From the human T2T-CHM13v2.0 reference genome, Homo sapiens, in the NCBI RefSeq assembly GCF_009914755.1, contig NC_060929.1: DNA of 64,000 nucleotides; one strand, written 5' to 3'. Every line of letters begins with the position of its first letter. Positions within the stretch are counted from its first letter, which is position 1. The notes beneath the pieces are model-generated. The model worked only from the letters and a program-made list of their open reading frames with translations. It did not search any database and was not told the origin of the DNA. Positions 1-15,530 of the stretch are shown piece after piece. The translations under genes were made by a program, and so were the position numbers.

Positions 1-536
1 TTCTTTCATTCCTGGAAGCAGAAAGCTTATTCAGATGGGCCATCCTACCGTTGGCCATTCTGCCATTCCATCCACTGCCCGAGACAGTTTCAGCACTTGT
101 GGTAGTTATGGCACACTCTTGTGTACTCAACTTGTGGTAAGCCGAGCCCTCTAGGTTTTTTTCACAGGAATATATTTGTTCAATCACTACAGAGTGTCAG
201 TACTTCTTGAACTATTATCTGGCATCTAACATGTCTATACCTATCAACTTTGACGTCCAGGGTTACAAAAGCATGACAACTTTTATCTCCATCCACATTG
301 CTAAAATGGAGCCACATGATGGGGCAAATTCCAGATCTGTGACAGCTGAATGCTTGCCTCCAAGCTGAAACGAATTCATTCATCAACACTTCTGTTTATA
401 GAAGGGAATTTATTTGAAGCATCTAGGTCTTCTCCTACTATCTCCTTAACTATTTTGGACTTCATTTCTCTCATAATCAAGTCTTACGATCACATGTATT
501 TAATTAGGGCTAAAAACAAATTTAAAAATTGAGTAA

Positions 537-899
<363 letters not shown>

Positions 900-2794
900 C
901 TAAATTTAGTTTACAATTTTTAAAATTCTTTCTAGTAGTTTCACAATCTCAGTTCATTTTTGATGTATCATTTTCATACTATTCTAACAAGTTGTTCATA
1001 CTTTTTAAAAAATTGGACACAAGTTTCTTTTTCCTTATCTTTTAGTATCTTCTTAAATCGTTTATGTATAAGAGAACTTCCCGTGTGGTCACATTGATTT
1101 CTTTAGGTGCCTCCCCTCACTGCCCCCCTACACTTGGTTCCTCATCAGAATCATTTTTGATTGCACTGTCAGAAATTCTTGACTTGTTTTCCCTGATTCT
1201 CTGGTTTCTGACTCTGTGATTATCCTTATCTTTTCCCCTTGAATTTCAAACAATCTAAGATACAAGCTCATTTTGAATTTTGTTTCTGAAGACTTTTTAT
1301 TTTCTAAGATTAAGCCTAAATTTACCAGTTTTCCTGTATTCTTTTCCTGGTGGTTCCTAATTTGGCAATTGTGAATTCCAGATAACAGAAGTTTTCTTCC
1401 CAAGTTTTCTTTGAAGTTCCTAGTTTGAGATTTCACTTCACCAGTCAGTTCACCCTGTTGGTCAGAATTTGGTTAACTTTTGCCTTGCCATTTCTCTGAC
1501 TTTTAGGAGTGAAATTGTCTTCTAGCAGAATTAGACTCCCAGTAGCTCTCCAAATAATCAAAATTTCTGAACACTCTGCCAGTTTTGTACTGTGTGTCAG
1601 GAAACATCATTCATACTTTCTTAGATAGATGAGCAGTGTGGGTATTCTCTCACTTCTCTGTCCATTTTCCCCTAACCTCTCTCAGTTCTTTACCATGATT
1701 TACCTTCAGGTTTCCATCAAGGAGGACTCTTAAAATACAAGAGTTGAGGTGGAGATTCCGTATCTCTACTCCTGTTTAAACCCTATCTGTTCAAACTTTG
1801 GTGATTCCTATGAAGTTGTATTTATTCTTGTATTAAAAATTTTAATGCATCTTCTTATTTATAATCTATATGTTAATATTTGGCTATCTGAGGCACAAGT
1901 TGTATTTCTGAGAGTTTCCAGGTACTTTCTTGTGAGTTTATGGGTATTTTCTCCACGTTCTTCTTGTAGCTCTTAAGTTCTATTGCATTTGGTTTATGGT
2001 TTTTTAATGCCTTTTTAAAAATTCTGTTGCTTATTTCAGTTTGAACCCATTTTCTTACGTCAACACATATCCTTCTAAAACCTAGTTTTTACAGTGAGAC
2101 ATGTTCCATTCCTGTTACAGAGTCCCTAGACTATGAATCTGGGCCAGGTCTGTACATTAGCTAGAACTGCTCTGTTGAAATCTACTTCCCAAACCCCCAC
2201 ATGTGCTACCAATTCCTCATTCCTCAGTTCTTTCATTCCTGGAAGCGGAAAGCTTATTCAGATGTGTCATCCTACTGTATTTAAGATATTTTGGATAATA
2301 TCTTAAATCTTGGTCAAAAATAAAATTCTTCATTTTTAAGCATGCTTTGTAGCCAGCTGTTTATTTCTGTGACCTCCCTTTTCCTTCTCAGTCACAGCCC
2401 TTAAGGCAATGTCCTAACCTCCTGGTGTTTTGTTATCTGCTCTGGGTTAATCACGTAACAGTAGTGGTGGCTTCTCTAAAAAGCTGAAGGTTCTTATTCT
2501 TTTCCCTTGAGATTGCACACATTCATCTGCTAAAAGATAAGGGGAGGAAAAAAACTGTTAAAATGTTATGTGGGATTAGATAAACTATAAATTTATTTCC
2601 AGTTCAAAAATTGATTTTATATAATGAATATAAGAGGGACCTGTGAATTTGTGTTTAAATACTCTCACACTATACAGCTTAAAAAAAAAAAAAAAGCATA
2701 TCCTTGAGTTTTTTTATTAAGGTTTAGAGATTACTAATCTTTCTTCAATTTAGCATTACTTGTTGCTTATTTAATATTTTTGCATCTCCTTAGA

Positions 2795-3275
2795 AGAGCT
2801 ATACTTAGCCAAAAGGTGGAAACAACACAAACATCCATTGACAGGTGAAGAGATAAACAAAATGTGGTATATATGTACAATGGGATATTATTCAGCCTTA
2901 AGAAGGAGTGAAATTTTGATATCTGCTACAACATGGATGAAACTTGGAAAATATTACCCTAAATGAGCCAAACATAAAAGGACAAATATTTTAGAATTTC
3001 ACTTATATGAGGTACCTAGAATAGTGAAATTCATAGAGACAGAAAGTAAAACAGTGGGTGCTAGGATCTGATAGGGATAGGGAGAAAACAGATTGTTTAA
3101 TGGTACAGAGTTTCAGTTTGGGGTGATAGAAAAGGCCTGGAAATGGATAGTGGTGTTGGGTTGCCCCACCATGTGTATGCACTTATTAGTGACATTTAAC
3201 TGTACACTTAAGGATTGTTAAAATGGTAAATTTTATGTTACACATATTGTACCACAATAATAATAATAAAAAAAA
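2795..3275 (+). mobile_element. Old L1 (L1MB-like) 3' end
   Basis: aaatgtggtatata...gctacaacatggatgaa...cttatatgaggtacctagaatagt motifs, ending in an A-rich tail. Confidence 0.8.
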
Positions 3276-3989
3276 GAGTTCTATACTCATGTGCCAAAGT
3301 TGCCTGCCAGCAAGTTACTGTCATCTGCATTGGTGGTTGGATGGATCAGTGAGTGTCACTGGATGGGCACCAAGGTGATGATGTCAGTGGCCTGCTTGCT
3401 TGGAGTTTTCCCTCCATTAGCAGCTATTGGAACTCAGAATGAGGAGAATGGAGCTGGAAATCCTGCTCAGTTTACTGTACATCTCATTAAAAGCAAATAT
3501 TTAGCCACAGCTTTCTCTTAGAAACATTTACACATTGAAACCCATGCCTTCGGCCGATGGTGTTTCCTCCTCAAAATATTTTTTGGCTTGCTCCTCAGGT
3601 GAACTTGTTTTAACATTGCTCACCATCATCTACTACACAGATACAGGTGCAGTTATTGAAGTCCGTGGCTTCAGATTAAAAGCTCAAATTAAATCTTCAA
3701 GAACCTCAGATGCAGCCATGCATTGCTTAAAGACGTTTGGCCACTCCGGCAGCCGTAGATTGTTATTCGCTGTTGGCCTGGCTTCTTCCGAGAATGTACT
3801 TTTAACGTTATTTGCTAATAGTGCTCCCTCATCCTGTCTGCTGTCACAGTAGACTGAAAGCTGCATCAGGTAAAGGCACATTAAACATGAATATGGGCTC
3901 TCCGTGATTGCTCCCAGGCCGTTCTCTTGATCTTATCATACCAGTGGCCATTATGTGCAATATTATTTCACTTTTCATTTTTCTTGCAG

Positions 3990-4086
3990 TTTCACCACTC
4001 TGATTGCCTTTCAACCTGGCTACTTCATTTCATTGCTACTAACTACCTCATCTTCAGTCAAAAGCCTGAATTTCAGGATCTTTCAG
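3990..4086 (+). CDS. RHOBTB3: RHOBTB3 penultimate coding exon (97 nt)
   Basis: Polypyrimidine tract ending ttgcag|3990; donor G|gtag at 4086/4087. Translates FHHSDCLSTWLLHFIATNYLIFSQKPEFQDLS, matching the recalled RHOBTB3 C-terminal region. Splice phase fits the next exon. Confidence 0.95.
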
Positions 4087-5095
4087 GTAGATTGCTAATT
4101 TCTGTTTTGAAAAGAAAACTTTATGTTCTTTGTTCTTAGATTTGAGACATAAGTTGTAGAAGTAGTACTTTTAGCAAAATAAGAATAGTCAATGTAATAA
4201 ATTTCTTGTAAATTATGCAGTGTGGTAATTGAGGAAACAATTTATAGTCACCTGTGTTACATAAGTGCCTTAACCTGTGTTACACAAGAAGTTTTCTAAT
4301 GATTATTTTATAGCTCCATCCGTTTTTAAATGCATTTTCTTTCCCTGAAATAGATAAGGTGACAAAATGTGTCCTCAGGTGGCATTTGGTTGTGAAAAGT
4401 GATATCTTAGTTCTAACTACCTAAGTCAGCAGCAAAGTTTAAACAGTACAGATTTAAAAATTTTTTATAAAGGAATTTAACTCTTGTTAACTATATTATA
4501 TTTAGCTTTATTGTACTGGATATCTGTATTTACTGAGTATACCTATATGGGAGTCCCTTATATTACTTTGGAATAACAGTTTTTCATATATAAAAAATGT
4601 TGTGAAACTTACTGGGAGTGTATGTAATATGCTTTCTAAGGTAAATTATAAAAATTAAAACCAAAGTGTGAACTACTGAGTACTGCATAAAAAGAAAAAA
4701 ATGAAAATATAATAGTTGTCAGAATAGACAGTTTAGATGCAGTGGTTTGCTCATGTTATTATCTAGCATAGACTCAAGGAAAATTTGAGCTAAAAAGAAA
4801 AGGAAGTGAAAGATTACCTGATCAAGGAGTTTCACAATCTGGACAAATAAATCTCCGTGGAGATAACTGAAGTGTCTTCTAGGGTGGGGGACAGAAAGTA
4901 GGGAGTGGGTGAGGAGAAGGAGAGAGAGAGGGAGTAAGGGAAAGGGAAAGAGAAGGCTAAAATTTACAGTTCTTGGACTCTTCCCTCCCTCCTTCAGTCA
5001 TAGTAGTTCCACTTTATCTGTTTCATATCTTGAGTTCTACCTAAAATTTTACTTCGTAAGAAAGACTCTGCTGGTAAAAGATATAAAAATCATAT

Positions 5096-5228
5096 GGTCA
5101 AGATGGTGATTCCACCTCGGTGTAATCCCAGCCAACTTGGGAGGCTGAGGCTGAAGGATCACTTGAACCCAGGAGTTTGAGTCCAGCCTGAGCAACATAA
5201 CGAGACTTCTGTCTCTAAAAGAAAAAAG
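5096..5228 (+). mobile_element. Alu monomer (FLAM-like)
   Basis: tgtaatcccagc...gggaggctgagg...cagcctgagcaacata, A tail. Confidence 0.75.
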
Positions 5229-6009
5229 AGTAAAAATCTCTTGTTTTTATTCAGCTACTTGTGCAGTTAAAGAAAACCCAGGAACACACAATCCGTTTTT
5301 GGGAGATGTATTCAGCCAGTCAACAAACATTATATGTCTATTAGGAGCCTCCTTATATAAGTCAACTATTAGTACAGTAGAGAAGCATAATCACATCAAA
5401 ACAAAACAACAGTTATTTATTAGCTATGTACTTTGTGCAAGGAAAAAACAGTCAGTTCATAAAGATAAGGCTTGCGTATGCTTGCTGTCAGAAGGAACAT
5501 TCTTCTATAGTTATTTAAGTAGCTGCTTCTATAGTTATTTAAGAAGCTTGCTAAAAGTTAAATGAATTGCACTTTGGTCCTGGAGCCAGTTTCATTATGT
5601 TACCTGAGGTCACTCTTATTTGTAAGAGAAGAATAAGATTATTTTCTACTTACTATCTTGTATAGATATATGGTATATATGGAGTACTATTACAACCTTG
5701 GGAGAAGGATGGTCTATAAATCCTTTTAGTTATGAATTTTCATTATATGGTATTACCCAATTACCTATAAAGTATGTTATGACACCTGGCATGGTGCAAA
5801 GCAGGACTTCCAGTGCGATGTGAGGTGGCAGGCTAAGGAGGAAACGATGTGTCGATGTTGCCTTCTGTTCCTTTGATGGGAATTAAAAGGGAATCATGAG
5901 AACTCTCATTCTGCAGTGCCTCTTCCTGTCCAGGGTCCTGCTATGAGGTGTCATCCTCTTGGGCAGAGGAAAAAAGCGCCTTTTGGATAAGGGAGAATTT
6001 AATTGTCTA

Positions 6010-6310
6010 AATCAATAGTTACTAACTGGCCATCTATGGTTTAGGTGTAGCCTGCCAACGTGTTTTATTGGGACCCCACAGTTAAAAATATATAGTACTG
6101 GTATTTAAAAATAACCATATTTTGGCTTCTTTTGAAAAATTGGAAGATCTGGCTACCCCAGGCCCATCATCCTAGTGGCAACATGTGGCTTGGCGCTGAC
6201 GGCCCACCTAAAGGAGCATGCCCTCTCCAGAGGGTCGCAGTCACTTCTCTCCAGTGCTTTACACCTGGCCCACTGCACATGGTCACCTGAAGTTGGGAAA
6301 GTTTCTTGTC
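6010..6310. mobile_element. Degenerate hAT-Charlie DNA element (MER102-like)
   Basis: Contains the tttggcttcttttgaaaaattggaagatctggc motif; boundaries approximate. Confidence 0.4.
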
Positions 6311-6861
6311 ACGGTCACTCTACAGCTTCCTTATAGAACTGTCCATCTTCAGCTTGAAAAGTTCTCAAATTATTATTGGAATTCTACAACTTGTTTTCTG
6401 TTGACTGAGAATTTTTCATTTTTAGAGGTGTTTAGAAATCAAAAAGTGAGACTGGAAAAGATGTCATGTCAGTACAGGCACAGATACATCAGAACCCAGT
6501 TAAATAGGTCATTAAGTATTAGATTTTTATATACTGGACTCATGAACACAAAGAGCGGTGCACAGGAATATGTTACCCTTGGCATTTATGGATTCATTAT
6601 TCTCGCAGTTTAATTTAGCTCGATATTATGTGTTCTGTGTTACGGGGTTTTGTTTGTTTTGTTTTGCTGGCTGCCAGAGCTCATCTCTAATAACTTTTCT
6701 CTGGTTTTTAATATTTACTGAGGGAGTAGTCTCATGTCACCTTTGCTTCCTCTTGAAACGTAGAGCTGAGCAGCTAGTTTGTATGGTCCTGCAGGCTGAA
6801 TCAAGACCCTGTTAATCTGACTTATAATAGATGAGGTTAAACAGTAGATGGAGAATCAAGT

Positions 6862-7073
6862 AATTCTCCTGCCTCATCCTCCTCAGTAGCTGGGATTATA
6901 GGCATGTGCCGCCACACCCAGCTAATTTTTCTTTTCTTTTCTTTTTTTTTTTTAGTAGAGACGGGGTTTTGCCATGTTGGCCAGGCTGGTCTCAAACTCC
7001 TGACCTCAAATAATCCGCCCGCCTCGGCCTCCCAAAGTGGTGGGATTACAGACATGAGCCATCGTGCCTGGCC
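6862..7073 (-). mobile_element. AluS lacking its 3' end and tail
   Basis: Left arm, linker and part of the right arm only. Confidence 0.9.
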
Positions 7074-7074
7074 T

Positions 7075-7233
7075 CCAGCAAGGTCTTTATGATCTATATC
7101 TTGAGTCGACCTCCTATCTCATTCTGTAACCTAGAATGCCTAACTGTCTGGGAATGCAGCCCAGTAGGTTTCAGCCTCATTGTCCCCAGCCCCTATTCAA
7201 GATGCAGTTGCTCTAGTTCAAATGCCTCTGACA
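7075..7233 (-). mobile_element. MER41 (ERV1) LTR, 5' ~160 bp only
   Basis: Reverse complement starts tgtcagaggcatttgaactagagcaactgcatcttgaataggggctgg, the recalled MER41 5' terminus. Confidence 0.8.
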
Positions 7234-7430
7234 GTTGTGCTTCACCAAACCTAGAGAATGAACAAAGCGAAGGACCTGGAGTTCAAGAATGGAGGGATCC
7301 AACTCCAAGGCAGGAAGCAGGTCCAGAAAGCAGGCAGGGCAGCAGCAACAGGGAAGAACAGCTTATCTGATGACTGGCTGGGTGGGAAGCACAACTGAGA
7401 GGACTTGAAGGACTTTGGAAGACTAAGTTA

Positions 7431-7661
<231 letters not shown>

Positions 7662-7739
7662 CTAAGTATTATAAATGGAAAAAAAAAATAAGTCCGTTAT
7701 ATCCAGGAAAAACAAAAGCTTTATTGGAAAAGAAAAGGA

Positions 7740-8145
<406 letters not shown>

Positions 8146-8287
8146 TTATTTGGGAAAACTTGTGGGAATGGTAGGAGATGTATCACAGAGCTGGATCTCA
8201 TCTATTAAAGAGGAAATCAATAGCTGATATCTTAATTGATCCATAATAAAACATATTCGGTTAACAGTCTTTTTCTTAAAACTTCAG

Positions 8288-8403
8288 TGGAAGAACGCAG
8301 TTTTGTTGAAAAGCACAGATGGCCGTCGAATATGTACTTGAAGCAGCTTGCGGAATACAGGAAGTATATTCACTCCCGGAAATGTCGTTGCTTAGTAATG
8401 TAA
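8288..8403 (+). CDS. RHOBTB3: RHOBTB3 last coding exon, ending in a CAAX box
   Basis: Acceptor cttcag|8288; the joined G|TG codon gives VEERSFVEKHRWPSNMYLKQLAEYRKYIHSRKCRCLVM-TAA (stop 8401-8403). Confidence 0.95.
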
Positions 8404-10049
8404 CCTGGAGCTTTTATACACTACATTTCTTTTTTATTATTATGAAGAATGGGATACCTCCAGGTTCCAGTAAAATTCTTCTGACCGAAACCAATGTGGG
8501 TGTTAGAAAAATTACCATATAGCTTAATATGTTTATTAGTTCTCTTTGGAAAAAAACTACCACTGTGGTCTTAAAAGGGAACAAAATATACCATAGGCTA
8601 AAACTAAGGCTTTCACTCTAGAATGCAAAGCTGTTTTGCAGCTGTTTTCCCTTAAAGATGTCCTGTTGCTTTAGTGATATTTAGACCCCTCTCAGTTAAG
8701 AAATGCTTAGATTAAAAAAAAAAAATTACGTAGGATTAATACAGAAATTTAATCATGTCTGATTAATTGCTCTATGAAAATAAGGGGCATTTAAAGACCC
8801 AGCATAACCATTTGTATAATGAGAAATCTAGGGGAAAACCAATCAGTCCAACATGAGATTTTAGGAATAGAAATTTGCCGGCCATTTGGAAAGTGAAATG
8901 CCACTTAGTTCTCAATTGATGACAGTGTTTGAATCATCATAAAAAAAATACCTGCTTTTCATCTGGACAACCCAATTGAGCCACTTTATCTCCTTTTGGC
9001 AATCTGAGTAGGCGGGGAACCTAGGCAGGGCTGGCTTTCTTAGCGTGTAACTTGTGTAGCAGCACAGGGCCCACACTTAGAAGGACCCCACACTTGGTTC
9101 AAGGCTCTGCTATAGCGGAAATTCTTAATAATGTTTGAAGAAGGGCCCCATGATTTCATTTTGTGCTGAGCCCTCAAAATTATGTCTGTTTCGTGGTGGG
9201 AAATATCCTATGTTTTCTTGCTCAAACACCTTTCTCTCTGAAAGCAGAAAAAGGCACTGATATAAAGGGAAGAGAAGGAGGCTCACCGGAGGGAAGAGAA
9301 CATAGTGAAGATTCCCGCCTTTGGGGAGGTCTGGACCACCCAGGGCCTCCACTGCCACCTTGGCTGGCAAGGGAGAAATGTGTTGTGTTGTCTTAGCTTT
9401 AAAACAGTCACAGTTCTTGCTCTATCATAGATGAACAAATACTTTCTTGATCATTCTGTAAGACCAGGAGGTTGGTAAGAGTGACTAACCAGCCTAACTT
9501 TAATACACATGTATAAAGATGTTCACAGAGAAAGATGCTCTGTAGAGAATTTGCTACCGAAGTTGGCTCAAGAATTTGTTTTTAGTGTTATTTACCAAGA
9601 TTAGGACGTCAGTGGCTTAAATTCTTTGAATTCTTTTCAAGGACTGCAAGATTATTTGATAAAGAGTAGCATGAATCTTGTGCTCTAATATTACACAGTA
9701 AGTTCAAAGAAAGGATGTAAGTCAAAGACTTGTTACATAGAGGGAAAATGGACTGGGATAGAGGACAGACTGATAGTTTCTTTCTTTCATATCACATGTA
9801 TAGAGAAATAATTATATCAGAAACTCACAAACCTAGACATGGAAAAACAGATTACTGTCTATTGTCAGCATCATTTTCATCTGTAAGTCACTACTGGAAT
9901 ATATTTTTCTTTTAATTTCCAGTGACTTTAGAATACACACAGTTTTTCCGACTTTTCAAAAATTTGATTAAATGGTTTTATAGTATAATATTGGGACCCC
10001 ATACCGTTAGCCCTTGTATGTATACCAACACTGCCAAAGTAAAACATTA

Positions 10050-10347
<298 letters not shown>

Positions 10348-11569
10348 CCAAAGTGAAACACTAAAAATTCCCTATAGATATATTCCAGGAAATATTTTAA
10401 TTGGGCTGATTTTAATTAGGCTGTATCATTGATGATTACTGGAATCGATTTTATGTCTTTTGTATTTTAATCACTTGAGTTAATCAACCACTGGCAAATC
10501 CCATTTGACAAAGATTAGCATTGTAAAAAACAGATACTGTGGTAGATTTCTAGAAATTCATTCACATTTAAGACTTCTAAAATGGAATAATAGCCTTTTG
10601 TTTTTCATGAGCATATTCGCACCCCTATATGAATTACAGCATTTAAAGTTCAAAATCAGTAACTTTTAATCTAGGAAATTGAAAAATATTAAGTTGCAAA
10701 GCAAAAAAAGGTATTTTCTTGAAAATACTATTTAATGTTTAACTAGACTATAGGTAGTTCCTTAAGGTTGTTTGACCTGAAGTGGAGTTGGGTTTGGAAG
10801 CTGGTGCCCAGTTGGTATGGAGTGTGTAGTTTTGTTATGAAAGTTCTCTACCACCTACCTGTGTGAGTGACACCAACATCCAGATGTCACAGCTCTCCAG
10901 AGCTAGTCAGAAGAGAAATCAAATTAGTGTTTAAACCCATTTGCATATTGACTTGTCAGTACCTTTAACTCAATTTAATATAACAAGAAATCGTAAAATA
11001 CTTATAACCTATCTTAGAGAAATGAGTGCTGGTTTTGAGAGTTGTTTTTTAACTGAAAGATTATTTCTAGATGGGTAGTGCTTTGTGCTGGTTTCTGCTT
11101 CCATATATTTCCCAGTCATTTTAATTAGAGAAGATACTCTATGGTAGAACTAAGGCCTTTCCTTTCTTGGCCAAAGTCTTTACCCTATTTAACCCTTTGT
11201 ATATTTCTGACTGCTCACTGTTCATATTATAGGGGACCAGATTTGTAATATAGAATTCTCCATAACATGAATGAAATTAATTCTGTCCAAGCCAGCATGG
11301 TGGCTTCATATTAAGTAGTAACAGAAGTCTGAACAATTGGATAAATTTGACTTCCAAGACAGCTAAACTTTTCAACTGCAATTTTAAAAACTACACTACA
11401 CTGTTATAGTTAATCTGACAAAAATGTCCTCAAAGAGTACTTTATTTTATTTAAAGCATCTGTTTAATTCAACCTTTAATAATTTTGCAAAGAAGGGTAT
11501 GTGTGTATTTTAATATAGCCTGACCTGAATTTATATGTTTTTAGCTTTAGTATTTAACTTTTTGTAACA

Positions 11570-11575
11570 AATAAA
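11570..11575 (+). terminator. RHOBTB3: RHOBTB3 poly(A) signal
   Basis: AATAAA with upstream TGTA and T-rich sequence, and gtgtcctgt ~25 nt downstream. Confidence 0.75.
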
Positions 11576-13284
11576 CCTTTTTTAAAACAAGTTTAACGAA
11601 GTGTCCTGTAATTATTTTACCTTGGATGTTGAAATACTGAAATGATTTGGAGAATGCTGCCTTGTATTTCTCAAGCATAATTATGCTTCATAGATAATTT
11701 TCATTATGTGTAAAATATCTAGAATGTTGCTGATACTATAGCTGACTAATATGTGTGGTGAGATAAAGAAATTTATATTATCTTTAAAAGTCAAGACCAG
11801 AATTTATCTCAGCAAAATAACTGCCTTTATTTAGAAAAATGCTTTGATAATTAAACATAGAAGTGAGCCCCTTGTAGGCTTGAGTGTTGTCTGGGACCAA
11901 GGCTTGGGAAGTGGAGAAGCTGCTCTGATAATAGATGGAAAAGAATTTGGAACTTCCCAGGGCTGAGGAGCCCAGGTAGGGAGGGGAAAGAGACAAGGCA
12001 GCCATACCATGAGAATGGATGGTGCATGGAATGATGCAGTCCCTCCCCAGCAGGTTCCCAAATTTTCAGTAAAGCCTACTAAACTCATGAAGGGCTCCAC
12101 AGTTCCTTTGGAATTATGTTCCTAACACAGATCTGATCTGGACACACATCTTCATAGAAGAGCCCCATTGCCTTTAGTTACCTCCACAGTCCTCTTTGCC
12201 ATGAGGCCTTTTATAACTTAGCCCTGTCTTTTCTGCCTGAGCACTCCTCCCCCAGGCAGAAAAGGTACTGCCATCTTGACACACTGCACTGTCCATTAAG
12301 ATTGTGTACTGGCAGACTTTAAACTCTTCCTATGGCTTGGGGTGGGTTGCCATTCCCTGTCTACTTTGCAAACTCCTGCATATCCTGAAAAGCCCATCTT
12401 AAATATCATTTCTCTTTTGTTTTCTGTGACTTTCCCAAGAAGAATTTGTTGCTTTTGTACGTGTCTTTCCTTAGCTCTTTATTCATACCTTTGTTATGGT
12501 GCTTATGGCATTTCTCGGTATTTGGCTATTGGTGGTCTCTACTGGGCTATTACTTGAGGGACAGGGACCATGTCTTGATTTTTCTTCGTGACCTGTTTCC
12601 CAACCCTCCATCTAGCATAGGGCCTGGCATAACCTGTGTAATACATGGAACTGAAAAGGCCAGATTGCTTCAGCTGGAACAATAATTGCAAACTCGCAAA
12701 TGAAAATGAAAAGCATGCTAACACTTAAAACTGTTTGCTCAATGTCAGGAGTAGCCAGTATCAGCCCGCATGTGGGACCAAGGTGATCAGGGAGGCCAAG
12801 TGTATGGGGAGTTGATGAACATATAGAATGGAAAAGTGATAAGTGATGGACCACTGAGGAGATGCAGAACATGAACAAAATAGTCCTTGGAGACATCTTT
12901 GCCTGGGAGTCTTCACTGGAGTTTGGGCAGTAAGATGAGATGGGGAGACAGAAGAGTTTTTGTTGGGCATAACGAAGTTTGAAATTCTCTTGGTGCTATA
13001 CACAGTGTTCGACTGTATGCAGATGTTCCTTTAACTGCATGCACTTAATTTTCCATGTCATGAGGCAGGCTGTGTCTCAAAATCTCAGTTGTCCTCTACT
13101 GTTGTAGCTTCATGTTCAACAGTAAACTAATGATCAGCATTATCATAAAAGTGTCTGGCATTCTCTCACGTGTTCAGAGCAAAGAGCTCTCTTATTTATA
13201 ATTATTTAAGAAAATAGCATGCAATTTATGTCACAGCCCGACAAGTTCTTCCTGCCTGCTGCCTCCCAAAAAACTAATGCATTG

Positions 13285-13729
13285 AGAAGGGGGTCTCAGG
13301 ACCAGGTGGTATCTCTTGGTCTGCCAAAATGCTAAATCTGAAAAACACCTGAAAAACCAGTTCTTTAGGTTTCAAAATAGTGATATTATCCATAGGAATA
13401 GATGGGGAAATTACAAATTTTGCAGCCTTCAGTTGCGTAACCCTGGGGCAGTAAGCAACTTACAGAAAAGCAAGTTAAGCAAACAATGGATGGTTAGTGT
13501 TCACCCATGCCTATTCTTTAGCAAAGTTCAGGCCCCTACCATAATTCTAACCTTGTGACCTTGTATGGTTTCAATTTTTGAACAAGGAAGAGATTGGTTC
13601 AAGGAGGGAAAGGACTGTTAACGATTTCCACACAAGAATGAGCAAAAGTACTTTAGACTGTTAGAAGCAAGATGGAGTCAGTTATATTAAATTTCCCTTA
13701 CTACTATAATTTTTGCAAAGGCAGTTTCA
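13285..13729 (-). mobile_element. ERV1 LTR fragment (LTR8/MER4-group-like)
   Basis: Reverse complement begins tgaaactgcctttgcaaaaattata...gactccatcttgcttctaac; left boundary approximate. Confidence 0.65.
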
Positions 13730-14327
13730 TTTAGTGGACACAGTATATTATTATTTTTTAATTAAGGAGAAAGGAATGGGGATCTCAACCTCTTTTCCTT
13801 TGTTGGGCACTTGGAAGATCTGAAGAACTTTTTAACTCTAAAACATATGAACAAAGGCCAAAACATTAACTTGCCTTGAAGGTCAAGCCCAGTCCCTCAT
13901 CTTTGACTTAGTGCCTGTCCTGTTTTGTTCATGCCCAAGCAAGATTCTGTTTCTTCCCTTACTACCTACATCACCACTAAAATGCTTTTGCTTTCAATAC
14001 TTGTAACCTCTAGGACTCCAAAGGTCCCAGTGGTTTGATCTCTGACATGTCATATTCAAACTCAATGGTTCAACAGTCAGAAATTACTAAAAGGGGTCTC
14101 ATTCTCTTTATTTTTTGATGGTTAACATTGTGTAAAAGGTAATATATTTGCCTGGCTCAAAGCTCAAAATAATATAAAAAGTCATCTTTGAGAAGAAAGT
14201 GCTCCCATTCCTTCCCCTCATGCCCCGCATCCTTCACAGGTATTCGGATTTATTAGTGTCTTGTGCATGAAAACTGTTTATTTATGTGAATACAAGCAAA
14301 TGAAAGTGCATATTTCTCATCTTCCTC

Positions 14328-14800
14328 CCTATAGGAAACAGAATAATGGCCTCCCCAAAAATGTCCATATTCCTAATCCCCAGAACCTGTGAATAGGTTG
14401 CCTTTCATGGCAAAAGGGATTTTGCTGATTTGACTAAGTTAAGGATCTTGAGATACAGAGATTGTTCTGAGAGGGTTCATTATAATCATGAGGGCCTTTA
14501 TAGGAGGCTGGCAGTAGAATGAGCATTAGAGGCGAAGGCAGTGTAATGGCAAGAGATTTGAAGTGGCTGCCCTTTGCCCTCAGAGGCCCTGAGCCAAGGA
14601 ATAAAGATGGGTTCTAGAAGCTGGAAATGCCAAGGGGATGAAGTCTCCCCTGAGCGCCTCCAGAAGGAACCAACCTTGCTGAGACCTGGATTTTAGTCCA
14701 GTCATTCTGATTTTGGACTTCTGACCTCCAAAGATGTAAAGAGAATAAGTCTGTATTGTTTTAAGTCACTGTGTTTGTAATGATTTGTTACAGCAGCTCA
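14328..14800 (+). mobile_element. MLT1 (ERVL-MaLR) LTR
   Basis: cagaataatggcctcccc...cctaatccccagaacctgtgaata...ggacttctgacctcca...ttgttacagcagc. Confidence 0.8.
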
Positions 14801-14879
14801 GTCAGTCCAGTAAACAGTTGGTTTAATGAATTGCTTTGTGGTGTCTTAATAGCTGAAACACAGCATTTTGTTAATAAAC

Positions 14880-15530
<651 letters not shown>

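Noticed and set aside
1128-1436. 102-aa Lys/Glu-rich minus-strand ORF
   Set aside because: Low-information product of a T-rich strand, possibly an old LINE remnant; I could not assign a family.
3927-4139. 70-aa ORF overlapping the RHOBTB3 exon
   Set aside because: Only 3990-4086 is exonic; the rest is intron read in frame.
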